From Candidatus Sericytochromatia bacterium (lineage in GTDB: Bacteria; Cyanobacteriota; Sericytochromatia; S15B-MN24; JAQBPE01), in assembly GCA_040400605.1 (NCBI GenBank), contig JBBAPZ010000021.1:10124-60958 (forward strand): a stretch of DNA of 50,835 nt, written 5' to 3'. The notes beneath the pieces were generated by a model. That model was not told the origin of the DNA. It was given only the letters and a program-made list of their open reading frames with translations, and ran no database searches. The position numbers were made by a program, and so were the translations under genes. How positions within the stretch are numbered: position 1 is the first letter of the stretch; each line of letters opens with the position of its first letter. This document shows, piece after piece, positions 28,795 to 38,619 of the stretch.

Positions 28795-29058
28795 ATGGGT
28801 AAAGAAGATATTATTGAAATGACCGGGACAGTGCAAGAAGCGCTGTCAAACGGGATGTTTCGCATCACCTTGGACAATGGTCATGAGGTGCTGGGTCACT
28901 TGGCAGGTCGTATGCGTCGTTTTCGCATCAAGGTGCTGCTTGGTGACAAGGTGCGCATCGAATTGTCGCCTTACGACCTGACCCGCGGGCGTATCACCTT
29001 CCGTGAAAAAATGGGCCCCGGTCCGGGCCCCGGTGGTCCAGGCGGTTCACGTCCATAA
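28795..29058 (+). CDS. infA: translation initiation factor IF-1 with Gly/Pro-rich tail
   Basis: KEDIIEMTG...HLAGRMR...[20 protein letters not shown]. Confidence 0.96.
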   Translation: MGKEDIIEMTGTVQEALSNGMFRITLDNGHEVLGHLAGRMRRFRIKVLLGDKVRIELSPYDLTRGRITFREKMGPGPGPGGPGGSRP

Positions 29059-29075
29059 ACTGCAAGTTGTTTGTT

Positions 29076-29106
29076 GAAGGCCGTCTCATCTGAGGCGGCC
29101 TTTCTT
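29076..29106 (+). terminator. probable intrinsic terminator after infA
   Basis: AAGGCCGTCTC / GAGGCGGCCTT stem followed by TCTT. Confidence 0.6.
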
Positions 29107-29149
29107 CATTGGGGTAAAAGGACAAAAAGGCGAGCACGCGGGGGGTGAC

Positions 29150-30685
29150 ATGGGGGAATCAGGGGACGCGAAGCAGTTGGAATTGGAGCGTCGGGTAGCG
29201 GCTTTGCTGCCTGGTGAGGGTGTCACGCCGTCACCGCCCCCATCGGAGCCGCAAGGGCTCATTAACTGGATGTTGGGGTGGTTAGCGGATGCGGTGTTGT
29301 TGGTGCTTGCGCTCAGCAACCTCCTGTTGGTGTTGATGGACTACACCTATAAGGATCTTCGCCATCACTACCAGGCCTTGACACCGCCTATCGTCTGGCA
29401 GGCGTTTGACCACATCAAGGGCATGGAACCCCATCGCTCAACGGAGGGGTTTGTTGCGCGTGCGGAGATGACATTCAATGTATTGCGAAACAGCCGTCGT
29501 GAAGCGGAAATTGAGCGCTCACTCGCTGAGACGCGGCAATGGGTGGTCGCCAAGATTCAGGTCGAGGACCCTTACATTTCGGTGGGATTGAGGGGGGTAT
29601 CCGAACAACTCAAAAATCGGGTGCGACGGCACATGTGGGAAACGGGTGCGCCGGCTTCCGAGGTGCTTGATTGGGGCAATCCGTTATCGTGGCATAGCTG
29701 GCAAGCGCGCTTTTTGGGTAAGCGTCGACCGTGGGAGGATTTGCCTTCCACGACGAGTTGGTTGCAATTCTGGTCCCGTGAGAACTTGACACCCGAGCGT
29801 TTGGAAGCTGAGCGCGCGTGGTTTGGGCGGGAAGTGGTGCCTTTGCTCAAGCGCAATTACTGGCAACGGTTTGGTGAAGACGGGCATCCGGATGATCGTT
29901 TCTGGCTGATTGACTGTCTGTTTTTGCCGCTTTTTGGTTTGGAGTTTGTGATTCGGGGCCGGCGCAGCGTGGTGCGCGGTGAGTATCCTGACTTTCGTCA
30001 TTTTGCGAAGGCGCGTTGGTATGATGGTATTTATTTCTTGCCGGTGGTGGTGTATGCCTTGCCATCGAGGTTGCAGGGTCCTTTGCATCTGGTGCGGATG
30101 ATTTCGGTGGGTTATCGCATGCAGCGCATGGGGTTGATCAACCCGATGGCGTTCGCTCGCACCCAACTCGCGCGGGTGCTCGGGGTGATCACCGATGCGG
30201 TGCAAATACAGATTTTGAGCAACTACCAGCAAAACGTGCATCAGTTCAGCCTGGATGAAGCCATTCGCTCGTTGCCCCCTGCGGAGCGCGAGGCGGTGGC
30301 GCATCTGATCGAAATCAACGTGCTCATGCTGCTCGAAAAGGTGACTCCAGAAGTCTTACCCAGCCTTGAGGCCCTTATCAGCCACAGCACCGGTCACGCG
30401 CTCAAGCAGTCAAAGACTTACCAACAACTGGCGAAACTGCCCTTTTTTGGCAGTTTGCCGGATCAGATGATCCAACGCATCGTCGCTGAAACCCTGACCA
30501 TCGGCCACACCAGCCTGCTCAAAACGGCCAGTGACCCCAAAAGCGTCGAATTGACCCGTGATCTGGTACGGCAATTCACGCTCTCGTTGTTGGAACATAT
30601 GGGCCATATCCGCACCGAAGCGCAACTCAAGCGGGTGGCGATCGCCTGGCTCGACGAACAAAAGCGACGCATCCGCGAAACCTGA
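29150..30685 (+). CDS. conserved hypothetical membrane protein (resembles a cyanobacterial uncharacterised family)
   Basis: Hydrophobic segments; NLLLVLMDYTY..LR, IKGMEPHR, F..ID..F..LF..EF and RWYD motifs recalled from cyanobacterial hypotheticals. Confidence 0.75.
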   Translation: MGESGDAKQLELERRVAALLPGEGVTPSPPPSEPQGLINWMLGWLADAVLLVLALSNLLLVLMDYTYKDLRHHYQALTPPIVWQAFDHIKGMEPHRSTEGFVARAEMTFNVLRNSRREAEIERSLAETRQWVVAKIQVEDPYISVGLRGVSEQLKNRVRRHMWETGAPASEVLDWGNPLSWHSWQARFLGKRRPWEDLPSTTSWLQFWSRENLTPERLEAERAWFGREVVPLLKRNYWQRFGEDGHPDDRFWLIDCLFLPLFGLEFVIRGRRSVVRGEYPDFRHFAKARWYDGIYFLPVVVYALPSRLQGPLHLVRMISVGYRMQRMGLINPMAFARTQLARVLGVITDAVQIQILSNYQQNVHQFSLDEAIRSLPPAEREAVAHLIEINVLMLLEKVTPEVLPSLEALISHSTGHALKQSKTYQQLAKLPFFGSLPDQMIQRIVAETLTIGHTSLLKTASDPKSVELTRDLVRQFTLSLLEHMGHIRTEAQLKRVAIAWLDEQKRRIRET

Positions 30686-30999
30686 GGAGCCGCGCCAATC
30701 ACGATCCCGAGCAGGCGACGACGCATCAGGTCCGTGAGCGAGGAGGAAACCGCTTTATGGTACGTAACCGAGGAACGACCCTCTCTCTGGGTGTCATCGC
30801 AAGCGGTCCGTCTGGCGATGACCTGACTCGTGTGCCAGTGCACCGAGCGATCCGAACGGTTGCATCGTTGGTTCGTGATACCATAACGTGATAAGAATCA
30901 CAGCAGTGTGGGTACAGTGGGTCAGGTGCAGGGTTTATTGCATCTAGATCGTGCTATTTTCGCGCTTGATTCGTGACAATCAAGCATCAGGAGGAAACC

Positions 31000-31941
31000 G
31001 TGACCGTTCAAGAGCAGCAAAAATATCGTTTGGTGACGCGTTCGGATATGGATGGTTTGGTGTGTGCAGTCTTGCTTCGTGAACTTGACTTGATTGACGA
31101 GATTCTTTTCGTTCATCCCAAGGATATGCAAGACAAGAAGGTTGCCATCACATCGCGCGATATTGTCACCAACTTACCGTATGTCGAAGAGGCGCATATC
31201 GTTTTCGACCATCATTTGAGCGAAAGCGTCCGCAATCAGAAAGGCTTGAACAATCACGTTATCATGCCGGAAGCGCCTTCCGCTGCGCGGGTGCTGTACG
31301 ATTATTATGGTGGCAGGGAGCGTTTTCCAGCGTTTTTTGATGAAATGATGATTGCCGTTGACAAAGCGGACAGTGCGCAGTTTTCCAGAGAGGATATCTT
31401 GAATCCGCAAGGGTGGGAGCTGCTAAGCTTCCTGATGGATGCTCGAACGGGGTTGGGTCGGTTCCGGGAGTTCCGGATCTCGAACTATAACCTGATGATG
31501 GATCTCATTGAGCGCTGTAAAACGATGCGGATTCAAGAAATTTTGGAACTGCCCGACGTCAAGGAGCGAGTGGATCTCTTTCATTCTTACGATGAAAAAT
31601 TCAAGTCGCAGTTAAAGGAACTGTCGACGGTTCACGGCAACGTCGTAGTCCTGGATTTGCGCAACCAGGAAAACATTTGGCCTGGTAATCGCTTCGTGAT
31701 TTATGCGCTTTATCCACAGTGCAATATTTCCATTCACGTGATTGACGGGTTCCGCAAGCAGAATACCGCTTTGGCTATCGGTAAGTCGATCTTCAACCGC
31801 ACGTCACAAATCAATATTGGCGAGCTCGCGCTCAAAAATGGGGGAGGTGGGCACTTTAATGCGGGTACGTGCCAGGTTGCCAATGATGATGCTGACCGTG
31901 TCTTGCAGGAACTCGTCGCCATCATGAATCAGGAAGGTTGA
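31000..31941 (+). CDS. DHH family phosphoesterase (NrnB-like; often annotated exopolyphosphatase)
   Basis: RLVTRSDMDGL, FDHH and GGGGH; GTG start at 31000 after AGGAGG. Confidence 0.88.
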   Translation: MTVQEQQKYRLVTRSDMDGLVCAVLLRELDLIDEILFVHPKDMQDKKVAITSRDIVTNLPYVEEAHIVFDHHLSESVRNQKGLNNHVIMPEAPSAARVLYDYYGGRERFPAFFDEMMIAVDKADSAQFSREDILNPQGWELLSFLMDARTGLGRFREFRISNYNLMMDLIERCKTMRIQEILELPDVKERVDLFHSYDEKFKSQLKELSTVHGNVVVLDLRNQENIWPGNRFVIYALYPQCNISIHVIDGFRKQNTALAIGKSIFNRTSQINIGELALKNGGGGHFNAGTCQVANDDADRVLQELVAIMNQEG

Positions 31942-32130
31942 ACGCCACGCACTGCGGTCCCTGCCGAAAGCCGGTTGGTGTCTTGGCAGGGACATTCTGG
32001 ATGATGATCCAGAATGCGTTCCCAAATAGATACTTATTGTGAGCCTCAGCTTTAACCCGCGTGGTTTCAAAGCTGGGGATTTTCGCTTGTGTCACGGGCC
32101 TGTTATGATAACCTGCGGGGGGAAATTGGC

Positions 32131-33312
32131 ATGTCGCAATCAGGTGCTATGACTTTTCTGGTCATCATGGCCGCAACCCACGGGCTGTATGGGGAAGCTT
32201 TTTTGCGCGAACTGAAGCGTGCGGGGCACCGAGTGGTGGTGGTGACGCGTGCAGAGGCGTTGGGTTATGAATGGCCGCGCCCGTTGATTGATGATTTGTT
32301 TGCGGTGCCGGACATTTTCAATGCTCAGGAGTTGGAGAACGCGGCGACGTATTTGGCGCGGGAGGTTGCGTTTGATCGCATCGTGGGCCCGGGCGAATAT
32401 GACATTGAGTTGGCTGCGCGCTTGCGTGAGCATTTCTGCTTGCCAGGGCTTGGTGATAGCGCAGCGCGTTTGGTAAGGGATAAGCTTGCCATGCGCGAAT
32501 GTGCTCACCGAAATGGGGTGGCGGTGCCTCAGTTTGTGGCGGCGGTGCATTTACCGGCCATTGCCCGTTTTCTTGAGGCGGTGCCGGGGCCATGGATTAT
32601 CAAGCCGCGGATGGCGGCGTCGTCCAAGGGAATTACGGTTTGTCATGACAAGGAGTCTGTGTGGCGTACGGTGCATGGTTTGGGCGATCGCCTGAGCCAT
32701 CACCTGATTGAAAAATTTACGCCTGGCGACATTTACCATCTCGATGGCGTCGTCTTGAACGGCGAGGTCTGTTTTGCATCGGCCCACCGTTACGGGCGTC
32801 CGATTCTGGATCTTCACACGCATGGTGGCGTCTACACAACGTGGCGTATCCAGACGGGCAGTCCCGAAGAGATAGCCTTGCAGGCATTGAACCAGCGCGT
32901 CATTCAGGCACTGGGGCTTGCGGAAGGAGTCTTTCATATTGAGTACATCAATGATCGCGAGACGGGGCAGTTTTATTTTCTGGAGGCCAGCGCGCGGGTT
33001 GGTGCCGGGTTGATTGAAGACATGGTAGAGGCTGAGAGTGGGTTGAATTTGTGGGCGTGCTGGGCGCGGATTGAGATGGGCGATCGCACCCCGCCGGCAC
33101 TCGGCAAAAACGTCTACGCTGGCGTACTCGCTTCGGCGGCCGCCGTCGAACGTCCCGATGCGCGACCCTTCGAAAACGAACACGTTCGTGCCGTGTCAGC
33201 CAAGCCCTACCATTTGGGACTGCTGGTGACCGATGCCTCAGCCGATGCCGTGTCACGGCGCCTGGACACGCTGGCAGAAGCGGTTGCTCAACAGGTCATG
33301 GTCCACTTTTAG
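32131..33312 (+). CDS. ATP-grasp domain protein
   Basis: RDKLAMR, IIKPR..ASSKGI, IEKF..G, FHIEY and FLE..AR; start placed at ATG 32131. Confidence 0.88.
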   Translation: MSQSGAMTFLVIMAATHGLYGEAFLRELKRAGHRVVVVTRAEALGYEWPRPLIDDLFAVPDIFNAQELENAATYLAREVAFDRIVGPGEYDIELAARLREHFCLPGLGDSAARLVRDKLAMRECAHRNGVAVPQFVAAVHLPAIARFLEAVPGPWIIKPRMAASSKGITVCHDKESVWRTVHGLGDRLSHHLIEKFTPGDIYHLDGVVLNGEVCFASAHRYGRPILDLHTHGGVYTTWRIQTGSPEEIALQALNQRVIQALGLAEGVFHIEYINDRETGQFYFLEASARVGAGLIEDMVEAESGLNLWACWARIEMGDRTPPALGKNVYAGVLASAAAVERPDARPFENEHVRAVSAKPYHLGLLVTDASADAVSRRLDTLAEAVAQQVMVHF

Positions 33313-33334
33313 GATTATCAAGGAGCGACCGCCC

Positions 33335-34024
33335 GTGCCAGCGTTACCCGATTACTATGCCATCCTGGGCGTCGCGGCGGATGCGGATGCGAAAACCATC
33401 AAGGCGTCGTATCGCGAACTCGCCAAACGCCTGCATCCTGACCGGGGCGGTTCGGCTGCGGCTGTGGCCAGGGTGAATGAAGCGGCGGATGTCTTGCTTG
33501 ATACCAATCGGCGCGCAGCCTACGACTTGGAACGCCGCCAGACAAACGGCGGCACGGGGTCAAAAGCCAGGCACTCAACCAATGCGCCCACGGGTGGGGC
33601 CAGCACTCAAAAGCGCACCGTTGCTTTGTGTGAGGCCTGTGGGCGTCTCAATCGTCTCAAGCGGGACAATCCGTCACCCCTGTGCGGGGTGTGCGGGCAC
33701 CAATTGGGTCAACGCGTTCCGGGTCGTGAACCGACTATGCAGCCAAAGACCAAGGACACCGGCGCATCACAGCCTCAAGATAGTTGGGGCCAGCTTTGGG
33801 GAGATATTCAAACGCAAGTGAAAGACCATTTAAAAGGCGTTGGTGAAGGCGGGCGTTTGAGCGTAGGCTTGCGCAAGGCGGAACAGCAATTGCGGCGGAT
33901 GGCGGATGAGCTCAAGGCGCAGGCGGATCGGTTGGATCAAACCGCACCGCCATCAACCACCGGCGATGCGGGCAGCAGCAGGTTTGACGAGTTTGAGCGC
34001 TTCGCCAGAAAGATGGACCCCTAA
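33335..34024 (+). CDS. J-domain protein with CxxC..CxxC zinc ribbon
   Basis: DYYAILGV...LHPDRGG...RRAAYD; CEACGRLNRL...CGVCG; GTG start at 33335 after AAGGAG. Confidence 0.85.
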   Translation: MPALPDYYAILGVAADADAKTIKASYRELAKRLHPDRGGSAAAVARVNEAADVLLDTNRRAAYDLERRQTNGGTGSKARHSTNAPTGGASTQKRTVALCEACGRLNRLKRDNPSPLCGVCGHQLGQRVPGREPTMQPKTKDTGASQPQDSWGQLWGDIQTQVKDHLKGVGEGGRLSVGLRKAEQQLRRMADELKAQADRLDQTAPPSTTGDAGSSRFDEFERFARKMDP

Positions 34025-34299
34025 CAGTCTTCGCCATCTGTCACAATGATCGTTTGAATCCATGATGTTTGGCTAGATGGGGTGATCAGCATAACCCTCG
34101 CAGATACGACTGGGGCTGCCACTCGCAACCCCTGACCGTCATCAAACAAAAGATTCAAATTTACTTTTTGGGCGTGTCTTCAAAGCGAATCCAACCCCAA
34201 CCAGCGACGCGATTGCGACTTGAAGTTACCGAAACGATCCCGCTTCACAACCACCGCACGCACATGACTGCCATCCTCGCTTACCAAGCGTGACGCTGA

Positions 34300-34941
34300 C
34301 TAACGTTCGAGTGTCGCCGAGTAATTCTTACCGAAGTTGCTGATGTAACGTACTTTCAAAGGCACCGGCTTCAGTTTGGCTTCTGCTGGCGTGCGCCCCA
34401 CCTTGATTGGCGACAGTGTGAAATAATAAGACACTTTCAAGCCCGGACGGTTCAAGTATGGCACCTCCAGATGTCCGTTTCTTGTCTGGCGAAAGTTCAT
34501 GTACGTCAACTCTTCCAACTCACTCTTAAAGTTATCCGTACTCACATGCAAGCCATACGCTTCAAGCTGCACCCCATAAGTCGGGCGCTTGGGTCCGGGG
34601 TACATTCCGCCAATCATCTCTTGCGTGAAGGGTCCCTCTGTCTCGTTGCGATGCGCTTCTTCCGCTCGCACCGCCTGTAACTGCTGGTTCACTTCCCGAA
34701 TCAACGACTCCGGAATCCGCAACAATACCCGCTCGCCTTGACCAGCCAAATTTTGCTTGACAAGCTTTCGGGATTGCGCACTGGCCAACCCACCATCAAT
34801 CCGCTGAACACCTGCCAAACCTTGCCCACAACCAGCCAACACCGTCATACCAACCAGGGCGATCACCGCACGCTTAAAACCCTTCAAACCAAGCTTGGGC
34901 TGCATTGAAAACGAAACATTCATACGCGCCGTGGGTATCAT
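34300..34941 (-). CDS. hypothetical lipoprotein
   Basis: KR + hydrophobic stretch + LAGC lipobox; ATG 34941 after AAAGGAG (start uncertain). Confidence 0.7.
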   Translation of the reverse strand: MIPTARMNVSFSMQPKLGLKGFKRAVIALVGMTVLAGCGQGLAGVQRIDGGLASAQSRKLVKQNLAGQGERVLLRIPESLIREVNQQLQAVRAEEAHRNETEGPFTQEMIGGMYPGPKRPTYGVQLEAYGLHVSTDNFKSELEELTYMNFRQTRNGHLEVPYLNRPGLKVSYYFTLSPIKVGRTPAEAKLKPVPLKVRYISNFGKNYSATLER

Positions 34942-35052
34942 ACCGGTAACTCCTTTGCTCACTTGATTGGGTTGTTAATATAAATTTTACAAAAGCTTTA
35001 TCTACATTTCATTCTTGTTTCCGACACGTGACTTACAAAAATCCGACATCTG

Positions 35053-35886
35053 ATGACAACCACGCCATTGTCTGCCTATATCAGGACCATTCCGCACCGC
35101 TTGGGTCGGTGTCGGTGTGGTGCTGCGACGTTTTATCACGAGCGGCATGAAGGGTTTACGGCCTTGCCGCATCATCACGAGTACGGGCAGTTGCTGTTGC
35201 CGATCGCAGGCCGCATGCGGTTGTCGGCTGCAGGGCAGGCGTTGGCATTGGGGCCGGAATGGGGGGTGTGGGTGGGCGCAGGGGTTCAGCATGCGGTGGC
35301 GCCGTTGACGGGGGAATTGGAGTTTTTGGTGATCGATCTCCCCGCAGACTGGCTGACAAACGGCGTGGCACTGCTGAATAAGGAAGCTTCCGTGCCGTCG
35401 TTACACGTGGCTCACGACACCCGTTGGTGGCTGATGGCACGGCTGCTCACAGAAGAGATGGCAACCGAAAAACCAGGGCGGGAGCGTGTCATGGTGGGTT
35501 TGCTTGAACAACTGGCAATTTTGGTGGCGCGGACCTGCCTGGTGCTTGAGCAGCCTGAAGCGACGACCACGCGGGATGCAGAAGTGTGGCGGGTGATTGA
35601 TATCATGCACGCCAACTACGCAGAGCCGTTGACGGTTGCAGAACTGGCCCGGACGGTAGGATTAAGTGAGCGACAGCTCGAACGCCGCTTTAAAGCGCTC
35701 ATGGGCACCGCGCCTCGGCAACATTTGATTGCGGTTCGCGTTCAGGCAGCACAAGCATTGCTGGCGGCAAATGTGCCGGTCAGCACGGTGGCGATGGAAA
35801 CCGGGTTTTCATCACCGGCCCACCTGACGCAAGCCTTTACCCGCGTGGTGGGCTGCCCGCCCAGTGCTTACAAGGAGCGGCCATAA
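35053..35886 (+). CDS. AraC family transcriptional regulator with cupin domain
   Basis: HHHEYGQ...QH cupin; LA..VGLSERQLERRFK and VAMETGFSSPAHL..AF..VVG.PP..Y. Confidence 0.93.
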   Translation: MTTTPLSAYIRTIPHRLGRCRCGAATFYHERHEGFTALPHHHEYGQLLLPIAGRMRLSAAGQALALGPEWGVWVGAGVQHAVAPLTGELEFLVIDLPADWLTNGVALLNKEASVPSLHVAHDTRWWLMARLLTEEMATEKPGRERVMVGLLEQLAILVARTCLVLEQPEATTTRDAEVWRVIDIMHANYAEPLTVAELARTVGLSERQLERRFKALMGTAPRQHLIAVRVQAAQALLAANVPVSTVAMETGFSSPAHLTQAFTRVVGCPPSAYKERP

Positions 35887-36015
35887 AAATAAAAAAACAG
35901 GCATCATTCAACGAAGTCGTTTCTGTATTGAATTGGCGCAGGCAACCCATTCATCAGAACGCCATGGTATCCCTAAGAAATCGCATTTTACCGTCGCTTT
36001 TGTGAGGATTCCTGG

Positions 36016-38619
36016 ATGGCACCGACTTTGTACTTGGGCACTGCCCCCCATGATCACGCGTTGATGCGCTCAAAAGGGCGTGTGATCATCACGCCCAATC
36101 CGCGTGCTGCTGCAGCGTTGAACGTTCCGCATCGCAGCCTGAACAAAGAGGCTCAGGCGATTTTGCGTGAGGCGGGTTTGCTGCCCGTGGATGCGTTTAT
36201 GGCGTTTCGGTTGATGCAGGCGGCGGCTGAGAAACTGGGTTTTCGGGATCGCGCAGGCACGGCGCGCCGGTTGGCCCCTGTGATGGCGGAATTGTTTCGT
36301 TCAGGTGCAAACATTGATGACTTGTTGGCGTTTGACGATCCGCGAGTACAGCAGGTAGCACGTTTTGCAAAAGCCTACTTGGGATTGTTGCAGCAGGTGG
36401 GGCGTTATGATCCGGCGCAGGGTTTGTGGTTGGCGGCGCAACATTTGCGCGACCACCGCAACGTGTTGATTCATGCGTATCCGCGCTTTGGGCCTGATGA
36501 AGAAGCGTTTATATGTGCGTGGGCGGGTCCTGATTCGGCGGTGGTGTTGCCGCACGGAGCAAGCGCTGCTCATGGCGACAATTTGGAGTTGGCCGAGCGT
36601 TTGGTGAGCCGGGGTTGGTGTTTGGAGCGTGAGCCAACGGGGGTGTTGCAGCGGCCGCTTGCGCAGCGGGCGTGGGTGTTTGCGGATCAAGAAGCGGAGG
36701 TGCGCGGTGTGTTGGCGCACGTCAAGGAATTGTTGCAGCAAGGTGTTACGCCGGATGCGATCGCCCTGGTTGTGCGGGATGAGACGGCTTATGGTCCGAT
36801 GGCGCTTGCGATCGCCCAGGAGCTGGGTGTGCCCTTGCATGCGGCGTATCAGGTTCCTTTATGTGAGACGCGCCTGGGGCATTGGGTGGGGTTGCTCACG
36901 GAGGTTATTGAGGATGGTTATCCTTTCGAAAAAACGTTTCGGTTGCTGGGGCATAACCTGTGTGGCGTGCTGGAAGCGGGGCAGCTGAAAACGATCGCGC
37001 AGGGGCATCCCAATGGTTGGCAAGGTTGGTTAAGCGTTGGGATCACGATGGATGCGCTTGAGTGGCCGATGATGGCGACGCGTCGTGAGTGGGGCGATCG
37101 CCTGAAAGCGACCTTGCAGGTGTTTGGCGTGCTGCGTCGGTCGCAGACGTGGGCTATCGAGGCGATCGCACTGAAGCGACTTCAATCGGCCTTGCGCATT
37201 TTGGCGCGGCATAGCGAAGCCAGTATCACTCGAATGGTCTTTTTGACTGAGCTCCGGGAAGTCTTGGCGCTTGAGACGACACCGGCTGCGCCCGCACGGG
37301 GTGGTGTGAGTCTGCATCCGCCCTTGGCCCTGTTTGGCGCGCGTGTCGCGCATCTGTTTGTGTTGGGTGCGGCGGAGGATCATTTGCCTGCGCGCATTAA
37401 AGATGATCCGGTGTTGGATTTTGCGGTACGCAAGCGGCTACAGGCGTCGGGTTTCAGGTTGGAGGATGCGCGTGGGGCGGCTTATCGCGAGCGCTTGGGG
37501 GTTGAAGCGTTGTTATTGGTGGCGCGTGACACGCTGACACTGACTTATCCGCGTTTACTTGCGGGAAAGGCGCAGTTACCAAGCCCGTTGTATGGGTGGT
37601 TGGGGCTTGTGTCGTCTGAAACGCCTGAGGTGCCGGTGGCGAGTGTGGAGATGGCGCGGCGTGTGATGATTTTGCACGGGCACGACGGCGGGGATACCGT
37701 GTTGGATCAGGCCATTGCGGCGCTTACGATCGAAAAGCGGCGGGAGGGGCCGGGATCGTTGGCTGAGCCGGATCCCTACGATGGGTTTACAGGGATTGCG
37801 GTGGATTGGCGATCGCGTCGTTTCAGTTCCAGTCAATTGGTGGCGCTCGGGCAATGCGGTTTCAAGTGGTGGATGCGTCACGTGCTTAAGGCACAGGAAT
37901 CCGATGAGCCTGAAGACGGGGTGCGCCCACATGTGGTGGGGCAGCTTTACCACAAGACGCTGGAGCTTGCCTGTCGGGGGGTGCAGGACCATCCGGAGCC
38001 TCGCGATACGATCCTGGCGGCGCTTGATTCGGCGATCCGTGAAGCGGAGTTGGTGTTGTTTGATGAGCTGAATCTGTCGTTGGCGGATCACTTGGGATGG
38101 GAGGCACAGCGGGAGGCGCATCTGACGCAGCTGCGCCGTGCGGTGGCGCATGCCAGCTTTTTGGATCCGGATGCCCGTATCATTGGCACGGAGCAAGATT
38201 TTGGAGGTGAGTGGCGGGGTTTTCGGGTCAAAGGGCGGGTTGATCGCATCGATGCACGGGGTGATGGCGTCGTCATCATTGATTATAAAACCGGTGCTTC
38301 CAACTATGGCTGTGTCCAGGATGCCAATCGGTTGAACACCTTGGATATCCAGTTGCCGATTTACATGGAAACGGCGGCACAGGCCTTGCATCCTGAAGCG
38401 GTCACCTGTGAGGCGGGTTATGTTTACCTGGGCAAGCCCAAGCGCGATGTGGCCAAGGTGAATGATACGGCCATCGACGCACTGGTGCAGCGATTGAAAT
38501 TGATGCTTGAAGCCGGTGACTTTCGGGTGGCGCCTGATCGCAAACGCAAGGCCTGCACGTATTGCGATTATCGGTTGAGTTGTCGCAGTGGCGCCCGACT
38601 GGATCGAAAGGAGTCTTGA
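36016..38619 (+). CDS. addB: AddB-like subunit: inactive helicase + PD-(D/E)XK nuclease with four Cys
   Basis: No Walker A; QCGFKW, GRVDRID, IIDYKTG, QLPIY and CTYCDYRLSC. Confidence 0.82.
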   Translation: MAPTLYLGTAPHDHALMRSKGRVIITPNPRAAAALNVPHRSLNKEAQAILREAGLLPVDAFMAFRLMQAAAEKLGFRDRAGTARRLAPVMAELFRSGANIDDLLAFDDPRVQQVARFAKAYLGLLQQVGRYDPAQGLWLAAQHLRDHRNVLIHAYPRFGPDEEAFICAWAGPDSAVVLPHGASAAHGDNLELAERLVSRGWCLEREPTGVLQRPLAQRAWVFADQEAEVRGVLAHVKELLQQGVTPDAIALVVRDETAYGPMALAIAQELGVPLHAAYQVPLCETRLGHWVGLLTEVIEDGYPFEKTFRLLGHNLCGVLEAGQLKTIAQGHPNGWQGWLSVGITMDALEWPMMATRREWGDRLKATLQVFGVLRRSQTWAIEAIALKRLQSALRILARHSEASITRMVFLTELREVLALETTPAAPARGGVSLHPPLALFGARVAHLFVLGAAEDHLPARIKDDPVLDFAVRKRLQASGFRLEDARGAAYRERLGVEALLLVARDTLTLTYPRLLAGKAQLPSPLYGWLGLVSSETPEVPVASVEMARRVMILHGHDGGDTVLDQAIAALTIEKRREGPGSLAEPDPYDGFTGIAVDWRSRRFSSSQLVALGQCGFKWWMRHVLKAQESDEPEDGVRPHVVGQLYHKTLELACRGVQDHPEPRDTILAALDSAIREAELVLFDELNLSLADHLGWEAQREAHLTQLRRAVAHASFLDPDARIIGTEQDFGGEWRGFRVKGRVDRIDARGDGVVIIDYKTGASNYGCVQDANRLNTLDIQLPIYMETAAQALHPEAVTCEAGYVYLGKPKRDVAKVNDTAIDALVQRLKLMLEAGDFRVAPDRKRKACTYCDYRLSCRSGARLDRKES

